Positions 27,777 to 38,043 of a stretch of DNA of 64,000 nucleotides are shown in pieces. Each line of letters begins with the position of its first letter. Within the stretch, counting starts at the first letter, position 1. The DNA comes from Endomicrobiia bacterium (lineage in GTDB: Bacteria > Elusimicrobiota > Endomicrobiia > DTEH01), in assembly GCA_039630545.1 (NCBI GenBank), contig JBCNUU010000003.1:1-64000 (forward strand), given 5' to 3'. The notes under the pieces are model-generated. The model did no database searches. It had not been told where the DNA came from and saw nothing but the letters and a program-made list of their open reading frames with translations. A program made the translations under genes and the position numbers.

Positions 27777-29190
27777 TTTTTATTCTATTATAAAACTCAA
27801 CTAAATGCGGGAACCACTTTGGCAGTTTTTGTTCAACTTCTTTTAGTTCTTTTTCAATTATAGGTTCTACTTCTTTTTTAACTTCTTCTGTTGCAAAGTC
27901 ATCAATCCACTCTCTAAAAGTTAAAATAGCATTTAATTTACAAAAAACAGCTTCTTTACCACATTTTATTAAATTCATTATCCTGTCACCAGTCCTACCA
28001 CATCTGTAGCCTGCGGTACAAAACGAAGTAATAAATCCCATTTTTGCAAGGTCTAAAATTAACTCTTGCAGTGTTCTTGTATCTCCAAGAATAAACTGTT
28101 GGAGATTAGGTTGTTGCCGTTGTTGGGATTGACTGTATGATCCTACTCCAATTTTGGATGATGCATCTGTTTGTGTGATACCTAATTTAAAAACCTCATC
28201 CCTAAATTCCTTTGACTCTCTCGCAGTTATTATCATGCCTGTGTAAGGGATAGCTAAACGAATTATTGTTATTATTTTTTTTAATTCTTCATCTTTTACT
28301 TTATATGGTGTTTTTTCAACAAATGGAGTGTTAATTGCTGGTTCTAATCTCGGGAAAGATACAGTATGTGGCCCAATTCCATATTTTTCTTCAAGCTCTC
28401 TAGCGTGATACACCAAGGCTAAAACTTCAAATCTCCAATCATAAAGTCCATAAAGTACTCCTATACCAACATCTTCTATTCCTGCTTCTAAAGCTCTATG
28501 CATACAGTAGAGTCTCCATTCATAGTTACTCTTTGGAGTATTTTTAGGATGGAGTCGTTTGTAGACTTCTGGGTGATAAGTTTCTTGAAATACCTGGTAT
28601 GTCCCTATACCAGCTTGTTTAAGTAATTTTAATTCCTCAACACTTAAAGGCGCACAGTTTACATTGACTCTTCTTATAGAAGCAAAACTACCTGATTTGG
28701 TTTTGATTTTTACTGAGTAGATAGTTTGAATTGCTCTTGTTATATAGTCAACATTTGAGTAGTCTGGATGTTCTCCAAAAACAGCAATGACTCTTTTGTG
28801 TCCAATATTGCCAGAAAGTACCTCTACTTCTTTTTTTATTTCTTCAAAATTTAAATGTTTTCTTATTACCTCTTTATTAGACTTTCTAAATCCACAATAT
28901 ACACAGTTATTTATACAGTAGTTAGTTAAGTAAAGAGGTGCAAATACTACAATTCTGTTATCGTATACTTTTTTTTTAATTTCTAAAGCCACTTTAAAAA
29001 GTTCTTGCCATATGTCTTTATCTTCTATTTTTATTAAGCAAGCTACTTCTTGCGGAGTAAGAGTTTGAATTGATTTTGATTTTTCTATTATCTCAGTAAT
29101 CTGAGTTATAGATGGAGTTTTTGTTTTATTTATTATTTGCCAGATCTCCTGTGGATTTATAAATATTCTTTTTTCTAATAATGTGTTCAT
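27751..29190 (-). CDS. hydG: [FeFe] hydrogenase maturation radical SAM protein
   Basis: FAPLY..NYCINNCVYC, FQETYH, GPHTVSFPR, SFCTAGYR. Confidence 0.96.
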   Translation of the reverse strand: MNTLLEKRIFINPQEIWQIINKTKTPSITQITEIIEKSKSIQTLTPQEVACLIKIEDKDIWQELFKVALEIKKKVYDNRIVVFAPLYLTNYCINNCVYCGFRKSNKEVIRKHLNFEEIKKEVEVLSGNIGHKRVIAVFGEHPDYSNVDYITRAIQTIYSVKIKTKSGSFASIRRVNVNCAPLSVEELKLLKQAGIGTYQVFQETYHPEVYKRLHPKNTPKSNYEWRLYCMHRALEAGIEDVGIGVLYGLYDWRFEVLALVYHARELEEKYGIGPHTVSFPRLEPAINTPFVEKTPYKVKDEELKKIITIIRLAIPYTGMIITARESKEFRDEVFKLGITQTDASSKIGVGSYSQSQQRQQPNLQQFILGDTRTLQELILDLAKMGFITSFCTAGYRCGRTGDRIMNLIKCGKEAVFCKLNAILTFREWIDDFATEEVKKEVEPIIEKELKEVEQKLPKWFPHLVEFYNRIKNGERDIYF

Positions 29191-29699
29191 TTTTGCTCCT
29201 TATATTTTCTTTTAAACTCTTTTATTACTTGAATAACACTTTGAGGGGTTAAGTTTCCGTAGACTTTATTATCTATCATTATTACTGGCGCAAGACTGCA
29301 AGCTCCAAGACATCTCGCTTCCTCTAAACTAAAAAATCCATCAGGACTTACATCTCCAATATCTGTATTTAATTCTTCTTTAAGTTTTCTTAAAATTTCT
29401 TCTGCACCTTTTATATAACAAGCCGTACCTAAACATACAGAAATTATATGTTTTCCTGGTTTTTTAAGCTTAAAGTAATGATAAAAAGTTGCTACTCCCC
29501 ATATATGAGAAGTAGGTACAGAAATAGTGGTAGCTACCTCCTCTATAGCGGTTTTATCTAAATATCCATAAATTTCCTGGATTTTGTGGAGAATAGTGAT
29601 TAAGTTTGACTCAGCCCTTGGTACATCTTTGAAATTTTTTAAGAACTCTCTTAGAGATTTTAAATTTAAATCGTCATTTTGTAGATTTTCTTTTTGCAT
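29187..29699 (-). CDS. NuoE-like [2Fe-2S] subunit of the hydrogenase complex (HydC/HndA)
   Basis: VATFY, VCLGTAC, RCLGAC.LAP. Confidence 0.93.
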   Translation of the reverse strand: MQKENLQNDDLNLKSLREFLKNFKDVPRAESNLITILHKIQEIYGYLDKTAIEEVATTISVPTSHIWGVATFYHYFKLKKPGKHIISVCLGTACYIKGAEEILRKLKEELNTDIGDVSPDGFFSLEEARCLGACSLAPVIMIDNKVYGNLTPQSVIQVIKEFKRKYKEQK

Positions 29700-29721
29700 T
29701 TTAAACCCCCTTGTTATATTC

Positions 29722-31497
29722 TTATCTTAAAGTCATCTCCTTTGGAATTATGCCTTTTGGATACTTCTGTTGATAGTGAGTATGCAGGATTTTATGAGCT
29801 TTTTCACTTAAAGGTTCTCCTAAAAATTCTTTATATACTCTTTTTACAACTGGATTTTCATGAGCTCGCCTTATGGTTTTTTTTCTGTCAATTCCATATA
29901 GAGCTTCTGCTCTTTTCATAAGAATATCTTCGTCAAGTGGTATGGAGTTTATACCAGCATAGGGTTGCCCACCTCCTCCTATACAACCACCCGGACAACC
30001 CATAATTTCTATAAAATGATATTTCTCTGGGTGCTTTTTTATTAACTCCAAAATTTTGGAAGCATTACCCAACCCATGTACAACAGCAACATTAATTCTC
30101 ATATCCCCAAAATCAACGCTGCCTTCTTTTATTCCTTTCATTCCTCTTATACTATTTATTTCTATGTTCAAAAGAGTCTCACCTGTATAAAGTTCATAAG
30201 CAGTCCTTATAGCTGACTCCATCACACCACCTGTTGCACCAAATATAGCTCCACCACCGCTTGAAATTCCAAGAGGATCGTCAAACTCTTCTGGTTCTAT
30301 ATTGAAAAAATCAATTCCTGCTGATTTTATCATCCAAGCAAGTTCTCTTGTAGTTATTACTATATCAACTGCCCTCATCCCTTCCAGCATAAGCTCTGGT
30401 CTTGCTGCTTCATATTTTTTAGCTGTACAACACATAACTGCTACACTTAATATCTTTTTTGGATCAACATTTATTTTCTGTGCAAAATATGTTTTGATTA
30501 AAGAACCTAACATAGACATTGGTGACTTACATGTGGAAACATTAGGAATAAGCTCAGGGTAAAACTGTTCCATAAACTTCATCCAAGCAGCTGAGCAAGA
30601 TGTTATCATAGGAAGTTTTCCATTGTTTTTTAATCTGTACAAAAGCTCACTTGCTTCTTCCATAATTGTAAAGTCAGCTCCAAGCTGTGTATCAAAAACA
30701 TAATCAAAACCTAACTTTCTTAAAGCAGCAACTGTTTCTTTTTCTTTTGGAGTTCCTGCTGGAAAACCAAACGCTTCACCAATTGCTGCTCTAACCGACG
30801 GAGCAAACTGTACAACTTTAACTAAGTTAGGATCCCTTAACTTCTCAAAAAGTTCTTGTGTGTTATTCTTTTCTAAAAATGCTGCTGTAGGGCAAACATT
30901 TACGCACTGCCCACATGCACTGCAGACACTTTCTGCCATGGGCATATCAAAAGCAGTTGTGACTACTGTTTTAAATCCTCGATATGCATAAGTTAAATTA
31001 AAAACTCCTTGTATCTCCGAACAGACCCTTACACATCTTCCACATAATATACATTTTTCTGGGTCTCTTATTACAGAAACAAAAGAAACATCTTTCTCAT
31101 AGCGCTTTCTTTCTCCAACAAAATGGCGATTTTTTATTCCCATAGAGTAGGTTAGTCTCTGTAGTTCACAAGTCCCGTTTCTGTCGCATGTATGACAATC
31201 CATGGGATGGTTGTCTACTATTAGTTCCACTATGTCTCTTCTTGCCCTTCTTAAATCAGCTGAGTTGGTATATATCTTCATTCCGTCGTAGACAGGATAA
31301 GCACAACTTGCTACATAGTTTTTTTGCCCTTCAACTTCTACTATGCAAACCCTGCAGGCTCCTTCTATAGACAATTTTGGATGAAAGCACAACCTTGGTA
31401 TGTGGTATCCAATTTTGTCAAGAGCCTGCATTATTGTTTGGTTGTCTTCTACTTGATAAGGTTTGTTATCAACATATATAGTTATTGTCTTTCCCAT
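29722..31497 (-). CDS. hydA: [FeFe] hydrogenase catalytic subunit, NADH-dependent group A3 type
   Basis: N-terminal 2Fe-2S, His-ligated and 2x4Fe-4S motifs; H-cluster motifs TSCSAAW, MCCTAKKYE, EIMGCPGGCIGGGGQP. Confidence 0.95.
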   Translation of the reverse strand: MGKTITIYVDNKPYQVEDNQTIMQALDKIGYHIPRLCFHPKLSIEGACRVCIVEVEGQKNYVASCAYPVYDGMKIYTNSADLRRARRDIVELIVDNHPMDCHTCDRNGTCELQRLTYSMGIKNRHFVGERKRYEKDVSFVSVIRDPEKCILCGRCVRVCSEIQGVFNLTYAYRGFKTVVTTAFDMPMAESVCSACGQCVNVCPTAAFLEKNNTQELFEKLRDPNLVKVVQFAPSVRAAIGEAFGFPAGTPKEKETVAALRKLGFDYVFDTQLGADFTIMEEASELLYRLKNNGKLPMITSCSAAWMKFMEQFYPELIPNVSTCKSPMSMLGSLIKTYFAQKINVDPKKILSVAVMCCTAKKYEAARPELMLEGMRAVDIVITTRELAWMIKSAGIDFFNIEPEEFDDPLGISSGGGAIFGATGGVMESAIRTAYELYTGETLLNIEINSIRGMKGIKEGSVDFGDMRINVAVVHGLGNASKILELIKKHPEKYHFIEIMGCPGGCIGGGGQPYAGINSIPLDEDILMKRAEALYGIDRKKTIRRAHENPVVKRVYKEFLGEPLSEKAHKILHTHYQQKYPKGIIPKEMTLR

Positions 31498-31521
31498 ACA
31501 ATTCTCCTTTCTTTAAGCCTG

Positions 31522-33663
31522 CTATAATCTAGATATTGCTTCAAATTTACAAACACGCCAACAAGCACCGCACTTAATACAAACTTTTTGGTTAATAGTG
31601 TGTCTTTGTTTAGCAGAACCAGATATTGCTTCAACAGGGCATACTTTTTTACAAGCACTACAACCTACACATTTTTCATTAATTTCATATGTTAAAAGGT
31701 TTGTGCAAAAATGCGCTCTACATTTCTTTTCTTTTATATGTTCTTCATACTCTTCTCTAAAATTTTTTATTGTACTTAAAACAGGATTTGGCGCAGACTG
31801 CCCTAGTCCACACAAAGATGCCTTTTTAATCATATTCCCCAATCTTTCTAATTTTTCAATATCACCTTCTTTGCCTTCACCATTTACTATTCTTGTAAGA
31901 ATTTCTAACATTCTTTTTGTTCCTTCTCTACAAGGTGTACATTTACCACAAGACTCGTTTTGAGTAAACTCTAAAAAGAATTTAGAAACTGCAACCATAC
32001 AAGAATGTTCATCAATAACAATCATTCCACCAGATCCCATTATAGACCCAGCAGATGTCAAGGATTCATAATCTACTGGTGTGTCTAGATGTATCTCAGC
32101 CAAACATCCCCCAGACGGACCTCCTGTTTGAACTGCTTTGAATTTTTTATTTTCTGGAATCCCACCACCTATCTCGTATACTATTTCTCTTAAAGTAACT
32201 CCCATCGGCACTTCTATTAAACCTGTATTGTTTATTTTTCCTGCCAAGGCAAAAACCTTTGTGCCTTTACTTTTTTGTGTACCCATACTACTAAACCACT
32301 CTCCGCCTAATATAATTATCGGAGGTATATTTGCCCAAGTTTCAACGTTATTTATTAATGTTGGCTTATCAAATAAACCACTTACTGATGGATATGGTGG
32401 CCGCGGACGAGGCATTCCTCTGTGTCCTTCTATTGAATGAATAAGAGCTGTCTCTTCTCCACATACAAAGGCTCCAGCACCAAGTCTTATTTCTATGTCA
32501 AAACTAAAACCACTTCCTAAGATGTTTTCTCCTAAAAATCCCTCATTGCGTGCTTGTTCAATTGCAATTTTTAATCTTTCAACAGCTAGGGGATACTCAG
32601 CACGAATATAGATGATTCCTTTGTTGCTTCCTATAGCGTATCCTCCAATTATCATTCCTTCTATTATACTATGAGGATCTCCTTCAATCGTGCTTCTGTC
32701 CATAAAAGCTCCTGGATCACCTTCATCTGCATTACATATTACAAATTTTTCATCAGATTGTTGCTGTGCCGTCAACTCCCACTTTAAACCTGTAGGAAAA
32801 CCTGCACCACCTCTACCTCTAAGACCGGATTTTTTTATCTCTTCTATTACTTGTTTAGGAGTCATAAAAGTAAGAACTTTTGCTAAAGCTTCATATCCTC
32901 TCATAAGCAGATATTCATCGATATTTTCTGGATCAATTACCCCACAGTTTCTTAAAACTATCTTTTTTTGTTTTTTTAAACTCTCAAAAGTTCCATAAAC
33001 TCTTACTAACTTTACAAGATTATTGTTTTTTACAAGCAAATCCTCTATTACTTTTCCATCTATTAATGTTTCTTTAACAATTCTTACAACATCTTCTTGA
33101 GAGATTTTTGAATATACAATAAAGTCAGGATAGATTATCATAATTGGTCCTTCTTCACAAAATCCTAAACAACTAGAAAAACATACTTCAACTTTGTCCT
33201 CCAGGTTTTCATTTTTTATTTCTTTAATTAATCTATCTACCACCTGTTGATTTTTATTGTTTAAACAAAAAGTTCCTTTGCATATCACAATACTTTTTTG
33301 TTTTGTACCAAAAAGTGCATTTTCTTTTACAATCTGGTTCTTCTTTATGTGTTCTTCTACTATTTTTTTTGCGACATCTTTTGTAACTTTAATGTATCTT
33401 ACAGGCATTTTACCTTTTTCTAATATATCCACCGTAGGTTCTAAACTACACATCCCGACACATCCCTTCTGTGATATATAAGTAGTTATGAGGCCTTTTT
33501 TAGCATATTCTTTAAAAATTTCCATAACTTCCTTAGAACCAGCAGCAATTTCACAACTAGCCATTCCTACATAAATCAACTTATCAGAGAAATGTGTTTT
33601 ATTGTAGAGTCTATCTATTGCTTCTTGCTTCTTTTGTGATAGAATTTCTATTGGTTTAACCAT
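31522..33663 (-). CDS. NuoF-like FMN/NADH-binding subunit (HydB/HndC) with an extra N-terminal thioredoxin-like ferredoxin domain
   Basis: SGLRGRGGAGFPTG, CNADEGDPGAFMDR, GAFVCGEETAL, ESCGKCTPCREG, C-terminal 2x4Fe-4S. Confidence 0.94.
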   Translation of the reverse strand: MVKPIEILSQKKQEAIDRLYNKTHFSDKLIYVGMASCEIAAGSKEVMEIFKEYAKKGLITTYISQKGCVGMCSLEPTVDILEKGKMPVRYIKVTKDVAKKIVEEHIKKNQIVKENALFGTKQKSIVICKGTFCLNNKNQQVVDRLIKEIKNENLEDKVEVCFSSCLGFCEEGPIMIIYPDFIVYSKISQEDVVRIVKETLIDGKVIEDLLVKNNNLVKLVRVYGTFESLKKQKKIVLRNCGVIDPENIDEYLLMRGYEALAKVLTFMTPKQVIEEIKKSGLRGRGGAGFPTGLKWELTAQQQSDEKFVICNADEGDPGAFMDRSTIEGDPHSIIEGMIIGGYAIGSNKGIIYIRAEYPLAVERLKIAIEQARNEGFLGENILGSGFSFDIEIRLGAGAFVCGEETALIHSIEGHRGMPRPRPPYPSVSGLFDKPTLINNVETWANIPPIIILGGEWFSSMGTQKSKGTKVFALAGKINNTGLIEVPMGVTLREIVYEIGGGIPENKKFKAVQTGGPSGGCLAEIHLDTPVDYESLTSAGSIMGSGGMIVIDEHSCMVAVSKFFLEFTQNESCGKCTPCREGTKRMLEILTRIVNGEGKEGDIEKLERLGNMIKKASLCGLGQSAPNPVLSTIKNFREEYEEHIKEKKCRAHFCTNLLTYEINEKCVGCSACKKVCPVEAISGSAKQRHTINQKVCIKCGACWRVCKFEAISRL

Positions 33664-33675
33664 TTCTTTCTCCTT

Positions 33676-34296
33676 CTATTTAATATTTTTTTCTTCCAGT
33701 TTAACAGAATAAATTAAATTCTCAAGTTCAGTTTCAATGTGAACATCATTTACTACACAATTTTTTAACTTTAATTTAACAGGAGCAAAATTTAAAATTC
33801 CTTTAATTCCATAACTTACAAGCATCTCAGCAACTCTCTGTGCAGCAACTTCAGGAACAGCAAGTATTGCGATTTTTATATTTTCTTTTGCGATAAAATT
33901 TTTAGCTTCATCTAAATGAAAAACAGGAATGGGTAAATTCTTATTAAGTTTTTTAGGATCTATATCAAACCCAGCCACTATTTTTAGTCCTACATTTTCA
34001 AATCCTCTAAAATTAATAAGAGCAGAACCTATATTCCCAACTCCTATAATAATCACTTTCTCAATTTCATTTTTGCCCAGAATTTCATCTATTTTTTTGA
34101 TTAAATAATCAATTTCATACCCTCCCTTATACCTACCTTTAACTCCAACCAAGGAAAAATCTTTCCTAACTTTTATAGGACTAACTCCAACAGCATCAGC
34201 AAGATTTACAGAAAAAACTCTCAAAAAACCTAATTCTTTCATCTTCATTGCAACTTTTTTGTAACTAATCAACCTATTTAATAATTCTTTATTCAT
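33676..34296 (-). CDS. rex: Redox-sensing transcriptional repressor Rex
   Basis: VRKDFS..G..G....GY, GVGNIG.AL, GILNFAP. Confidence 0.95.
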   Translation of the reverse strand: MNKELLNRLISYKKVAMKMKELGFLRVFSVNLADAVGVSPIKVRKDFSLVGVKGRYKGGYEIDYLIKKIDEILGKNEIEKVIIIGVGNIGSALINFRGFENVGLKIVAGFDIDPKKLNKNLPIPVFHLDEAKNFIAKENIKIAILAVPEVAAQRVAEMLVSYGIKGILNFAPVKLKLKNCVVNDVHIETELENLIYSVKLEEKNIK

Positions 34297-34453
34297 AATA
34301 ATCGAAAAATATATAATTTTTTATTCCAATATGGAACAATTATTTTTATTTTATGTTTTTAAAAAATAATAATCTTTATTTTTTGATCCTTTGTTTGTAT
34401 TAATTACAAAAATTATATTAACAAGTCAATAGTTTGAAATAAAGTTTTATTTA

Positions 34454-35110
34454 TTAAACAATCTCGCCCATAAGAATTTTCTTTAACTCTTTGTGGGTAG
34501 AAATTACTATATCGGCGAGTTTTAATTTTTCCTTAGGAAGTGTAGTAGTAATCGCTATGCATTTTAGTCCTGCTGTCTTTGCAGATAAAACTCCCGTGGG
34601 AGAATTCTCAACTGCAACGCTTTTTTCTATTTCTGCTTTTAATAACTCAATTGCTTTAAGATATGGCTCAGGGTGAGGTTTTCTTTTTTTTATTTTGTCT
34701 GCTGTGATTATGACATCAAAATTTACTTTTATATCTTCTGGTAAGTCTTTTTCTATTATCTCCTTATCTGAACTTGTAACTAAAGCTAACTTCTTGTTTG
34801 ATTTTTTTAAATCTTTTATTAACTGCGGTACTTCCTTAAAAGGTTTTATAAATTTTATATATTTTTTTAAAAAGATATTTTTTTGATCTGAAAGAATTTT
34901 TTTAAATGTTTCTTCATCAATGGATAAGTTTTTGTTTTCAAATAATTTCTTTATTACTTCAAACTCTATAGAACCTTCATTTAGATAAACTTCTTCTTTT
35001 GTAAAATAAACATTATATAAAGAAAATGCTTCAATCCATGCTTGAGCATGATATGGCATACTGTCAAGTATAACTCCATCTAAATCAAAAAATATGTACC
35101 TGTAGCACAT
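34454..35110 (-). CDS. HAD-superfamily phosphatase (beta-phosphoglucomutase-like)
   Basis: FDLDGV, VTSS, KPHPEPY, ENSPTG. Confidence 0.9.
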   Translation of the reverse strand: MCYRYIFFDLDGVILDSMPYHAQAWIEAFSLYNVYFTKEEVYLNEGSIEFEVIKKLFENKNLSIDEETFKKILSDQKNIFLKKYIKFIKPFKEVPQLIKDLKKSNKKLALVTSSDKEIIEKDLPEDIKVNFDVIITADKIKKRKPHPEPYLKAIELLKAEIEKSVAVENSPTGVLSAKTAGLKCIAITTTLPKEKLKLADIVISTHKELKKILMGEIV

Positions 35111-35158
35111 AAGAACAGGCGGTTTTAAAAATTACCTTTTGGATGAGAATTTTATGCT

Positions 35159-36580
35159 TTAAAATCTATAAACTAAGCTTAACGAAGAGTTTAGGGTTTC
35201 AGGAACTCCGCTTATTAAATATGTCCCTGTAAATAAAACCTCCTGCCTAACAAAAGCATCAAGAGATAATGAATTTGTGATGTTTAACCCCAAACCTAAT
35301 GAAACATCTACAACATCCTCTGCTGAAGAAACAGTAACATTGCTTTTTGTTTCTCTTGCAGGATTTCCAGCTGTGAAGTCATCTGGATCTTTTATTTCAT
35401 AAGAATCTATTGATATGATATTATATCTTACTCCCAATCTTCCAGTTAAAACTTTTAAAAAATTACTTTCAAAAGCTACATTGACCGGAATATAAATAAA
35501 CTGCCTTGAAACTTCATATTCTTCTTCTTTCCGATTAGCAGAAAACTGACTAGCTTTAGCGTATGTGTTTATGTTAAAAACACTTAATGCTAGAATCATT
35601 TTTGTTTTTTGGTTAAGGTCAGTATTAAGGGCTGCTGTAAATAAGATGTTGCTGTATTTTTCGTCTCTTTCTTGTTTTAAAGTTTCGGCTAGATCATAGG
35701 TTCCATTTCTGTTTGAATCAACTTTTGAGACAAAACTATTAGGTAAACTTGAAAGATAATAGGTTAGAAAAAGAAGCATTTTAGATGAACCAGAAACTTT
35801 ATATATTCCCCTTAAATTCATATCTAAGTTAAAACCAGTATTTGTCTTTAAAGAATGTTCTTCATTTTCAATGGTAGGAGAAATAGTTTCTACTTCTTCT
35901 ATTATGGAATTTCCTACATAAGGAAAACCAACTCCTACTGAAGCATCAATTTCGGAAAAAGGTCCTACATTTTCAAAAACTTTACCAGCATATATATTAA
36001 ACTCTACAGAAGCTCTTGTAGTTTTTACTGTTCCACTGGTAGCTTGTCCTTCGTATTTATGAATTCTTTCTTCAATGTTATTTGCATAGTTAAACCATAA
36101 AGTAACCGCTGGCATATGATAAATCAAATCAAACTTTTTTTGTGGCTCTAAAACACCAACTGAAACAGTTCCAGTAGCTGTTACATCTATACTTGTTCTT
36201 CCCAGATCCGAAGGAAAATGTACATCTCCAATTACACCACCTATTTGAGAAATAAAACTAAACTGAGGTCTTCCTATAAAAACACCTAAAACCGAATTTT
36301 TAGATATTAAGTCTAAAGGATAAACTAAACCACCCCAGCTGTCAGAAATACTGAGGTTTTTATTCAGCACAGGTTGAGCTGCAACACTTTCAACCTCTCC
36401 AAGTTCACAAATAAAACTTCTCTTATAATCAACTATCCTTGCAGGATTTACCCAGATAAATGTATCATCTTTCTCTATCATCCAGCTGTCAATGTTTAAA
36501 CTTTGAATTCTTGAGTTAGTGGCAAAACCTAAACAGATAAAAGCATTTACACACAATAACACTGTCAAAAATTTTTTCAT
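35159..36580 (-). CDS. Hypothetical outer-membrane beta-barrel protein
   Basis: Signal peptide, early NPA motif, ends SLSLVYRF; AAGGAGG RBS. Confidence 0.65.
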   Translation of the reverse strand: MKKFLTVLLCVNAFICLGFATNSRIQSLNIDSWMIEKDDTFIWVNPARIVDYKRSFICELGEVESVAAQPVLNKNLSISDSWGGLVYPLDLISKNSVLGVFIGRPQFSFISQIGGVIGDVHFPSDLGRTSIDVTATGTVSVGVLEPQKKFDLIYHMPAVTLWFNYANNIEERIHKYEGQATSGTVKTTRASVEFNIYAGKVFENVGPFSEIDASVGVGFPYVGNSIIEEVETISPTIENEEHSLKTNTGFNLDMNLRGIYKVSGSSKMLLFLTYYLSSLPNSFVSKVDSNRNGTYDLAETLKQERDEKYSNILFTAALNTDLNQKTKMILALSVFNINTYAKASQFSANRKEEEYEVSRQFIYIPVNVAFESNFLKVLTGRLGVRYNIISIDSYEIKDPDDFTAGNPARETKSNVTVSSAEDVVDVSLGLGLNITNSLSLDAFVRQEVLFTGTYLISGVPETLNSSLSLVYRF

Positions 36581-36672
36581 GATTTTTACCTCCTTGAATT
36601 AGAGTTATAAAAGAGTTTAGGATAAGATTTTATTATAATTTTTTACTATTTATTTCTTTCTTTTTCAATATC

Positions 36673-37968
36673 TCAAATCAATTTTCCATATACATCATAA
36701 ATGTCTGCTTTTTCTATTTTTATATTCTCTACAAGATCATCTGATTTGCCCGAAAAGTAAACTCTACCATCTATCTCCGGACATTGGAACTCTGTATGAC
36801 CGAAAGTATCACTGTCGCATAAAACTTTATATATTTTGTTTACCCTTGATAAATTTTTTTTATAAGTAATCTTTTGCTGGGTTGACATAATTGTTGTGTA
36901 TCTTTCTTTTTTTATTCTGTAGGGAATTTTAGGATATAAATCCTGAGCTTTTGTATTTTTTTGTAAAGAAAACATGAATGTTCCCAACCAGTCAAACTCA
37001 AGCTGTTTTATATCCTCAAGCAAAACTTCAAAGTCTCTGTCTGTTTCCTGTGGAAAACCAACTATCACTGTTGTTCTTAACGCAATATTTTTTACTTTCT
37101 TTTTTAATCTCTCTACAAGTTTTAAAATATCTGCTCTTGTTGTGTTTCTTCCCATGAGAGACAAAATTTTATCTGATGTATGTTGTATCGGCATATCAAT
37201 GTATTTACAAACTTTTTCATTGTTTGCAATTTCATAAATTAACTCATCATAAAAATGTCCAGGATGAGTGTAAAGAATTCTTATCCATAAAAGCTCTTTT
37301 ATTTTAGACAACTTAGAAACAAGAACATGAAGCATTTTTTTCTTATAAATTTTAGTTCCATACCTTGTTGTATCATTAGACACAAGAATTATTTCTTTTG
37401 TTCCTCCTGAAACTAACTTTTGAGCTTCTTTAACCACATCTTCAACTTCTCTTTCCCTGTAGGGACCTCTAATTGCAGGAATTAAACAATAAGAACATCT
37501 GTTGTCACAGCCGTCTGCTATTTTTATGTAGGCATAACTTTTAGGCGTAGTTACAATTCTAGGCATTGAAGATTTATACATAAAAACTGGTAAACTTGAA
37601 ACGCTTATTATTTTTTTAGATGGATTTTCTATAAACTCAGAAATTTTACATATATCGGAAACTCCAAAAATTCCGTCTATCTCAGGATATTTTTTCAATA
37701 AGTTTTCTTTTTCAACCTGAGGAAGACATCCTATTATCAACAACTTAAAAGCTTTTATTTTTTTGTATTTTATAAGATTGTTTATATAGTGTTTTGCTTC
37801 CTTTCTTGCTTCTCCTATAAAACTACATGTATTGAGTATAACTATATCAGCAAAAATAGGCTTTTCTACAAATTCACAATTTTTTTCTTTAAGCAACCCT
37901 GATAAAACTTCGCTATCAACTAAATTTTTTGCACAGCCTAAAGAAATAATATGAACTTTTTTAGGCAT
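36673..37968 (-). CDS. rimO: Ribosomal protein S12 methylthiotransferase
   Basis: SLGCAKNLVDSE, NTCSFI, KIADGCDNRCSYC, PEIDG. Confidence 0.95.
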   Translation of the reverse strand: MPKKVHIISLGCAKNLVDSEVLSGLLKEKNCEFVEKPIFADIVILNTCSFIGEARKEAKHYINNLIKYKKIKAFKLLIIGCLPQVEKENLLKKYPEIDGIFGVSDICKISEFIENPSKKIISVSSLPVFMYKSSMPRIVTTPKSYAYIKIADGCDNRCSYCLIPAIRGPYREREVEDVVKEAQKLVSGGTKEIILVSNDTTRYGTKIYKKKMLHVLVSKLSKIKELLWIRILYTHPGHFYDELIYEIANNEKVCKYIDMPIQHTSDKILSLMGRNTTRADILKLVERLKKKVKNIALRTTVIVGFPQETDRDFEVLLEDIKQLEFDWLGTFMFSLQKNTKAQDLYPKIPYRIKKERYTTIMSTQQKITYKKNLSRVNKIYKVLCDSDTFGHTEFQCPEIDGRVYFSGKSDDLVENIKIEKADIYDVYGKLI

Positions 37969-38043
37969 GGGATTAATTTATAATAAATAACTTCGGATTA
38001 AAAATCAACAAAAGGCTTTCTTTTTAAAATGAAAAAAACAATT

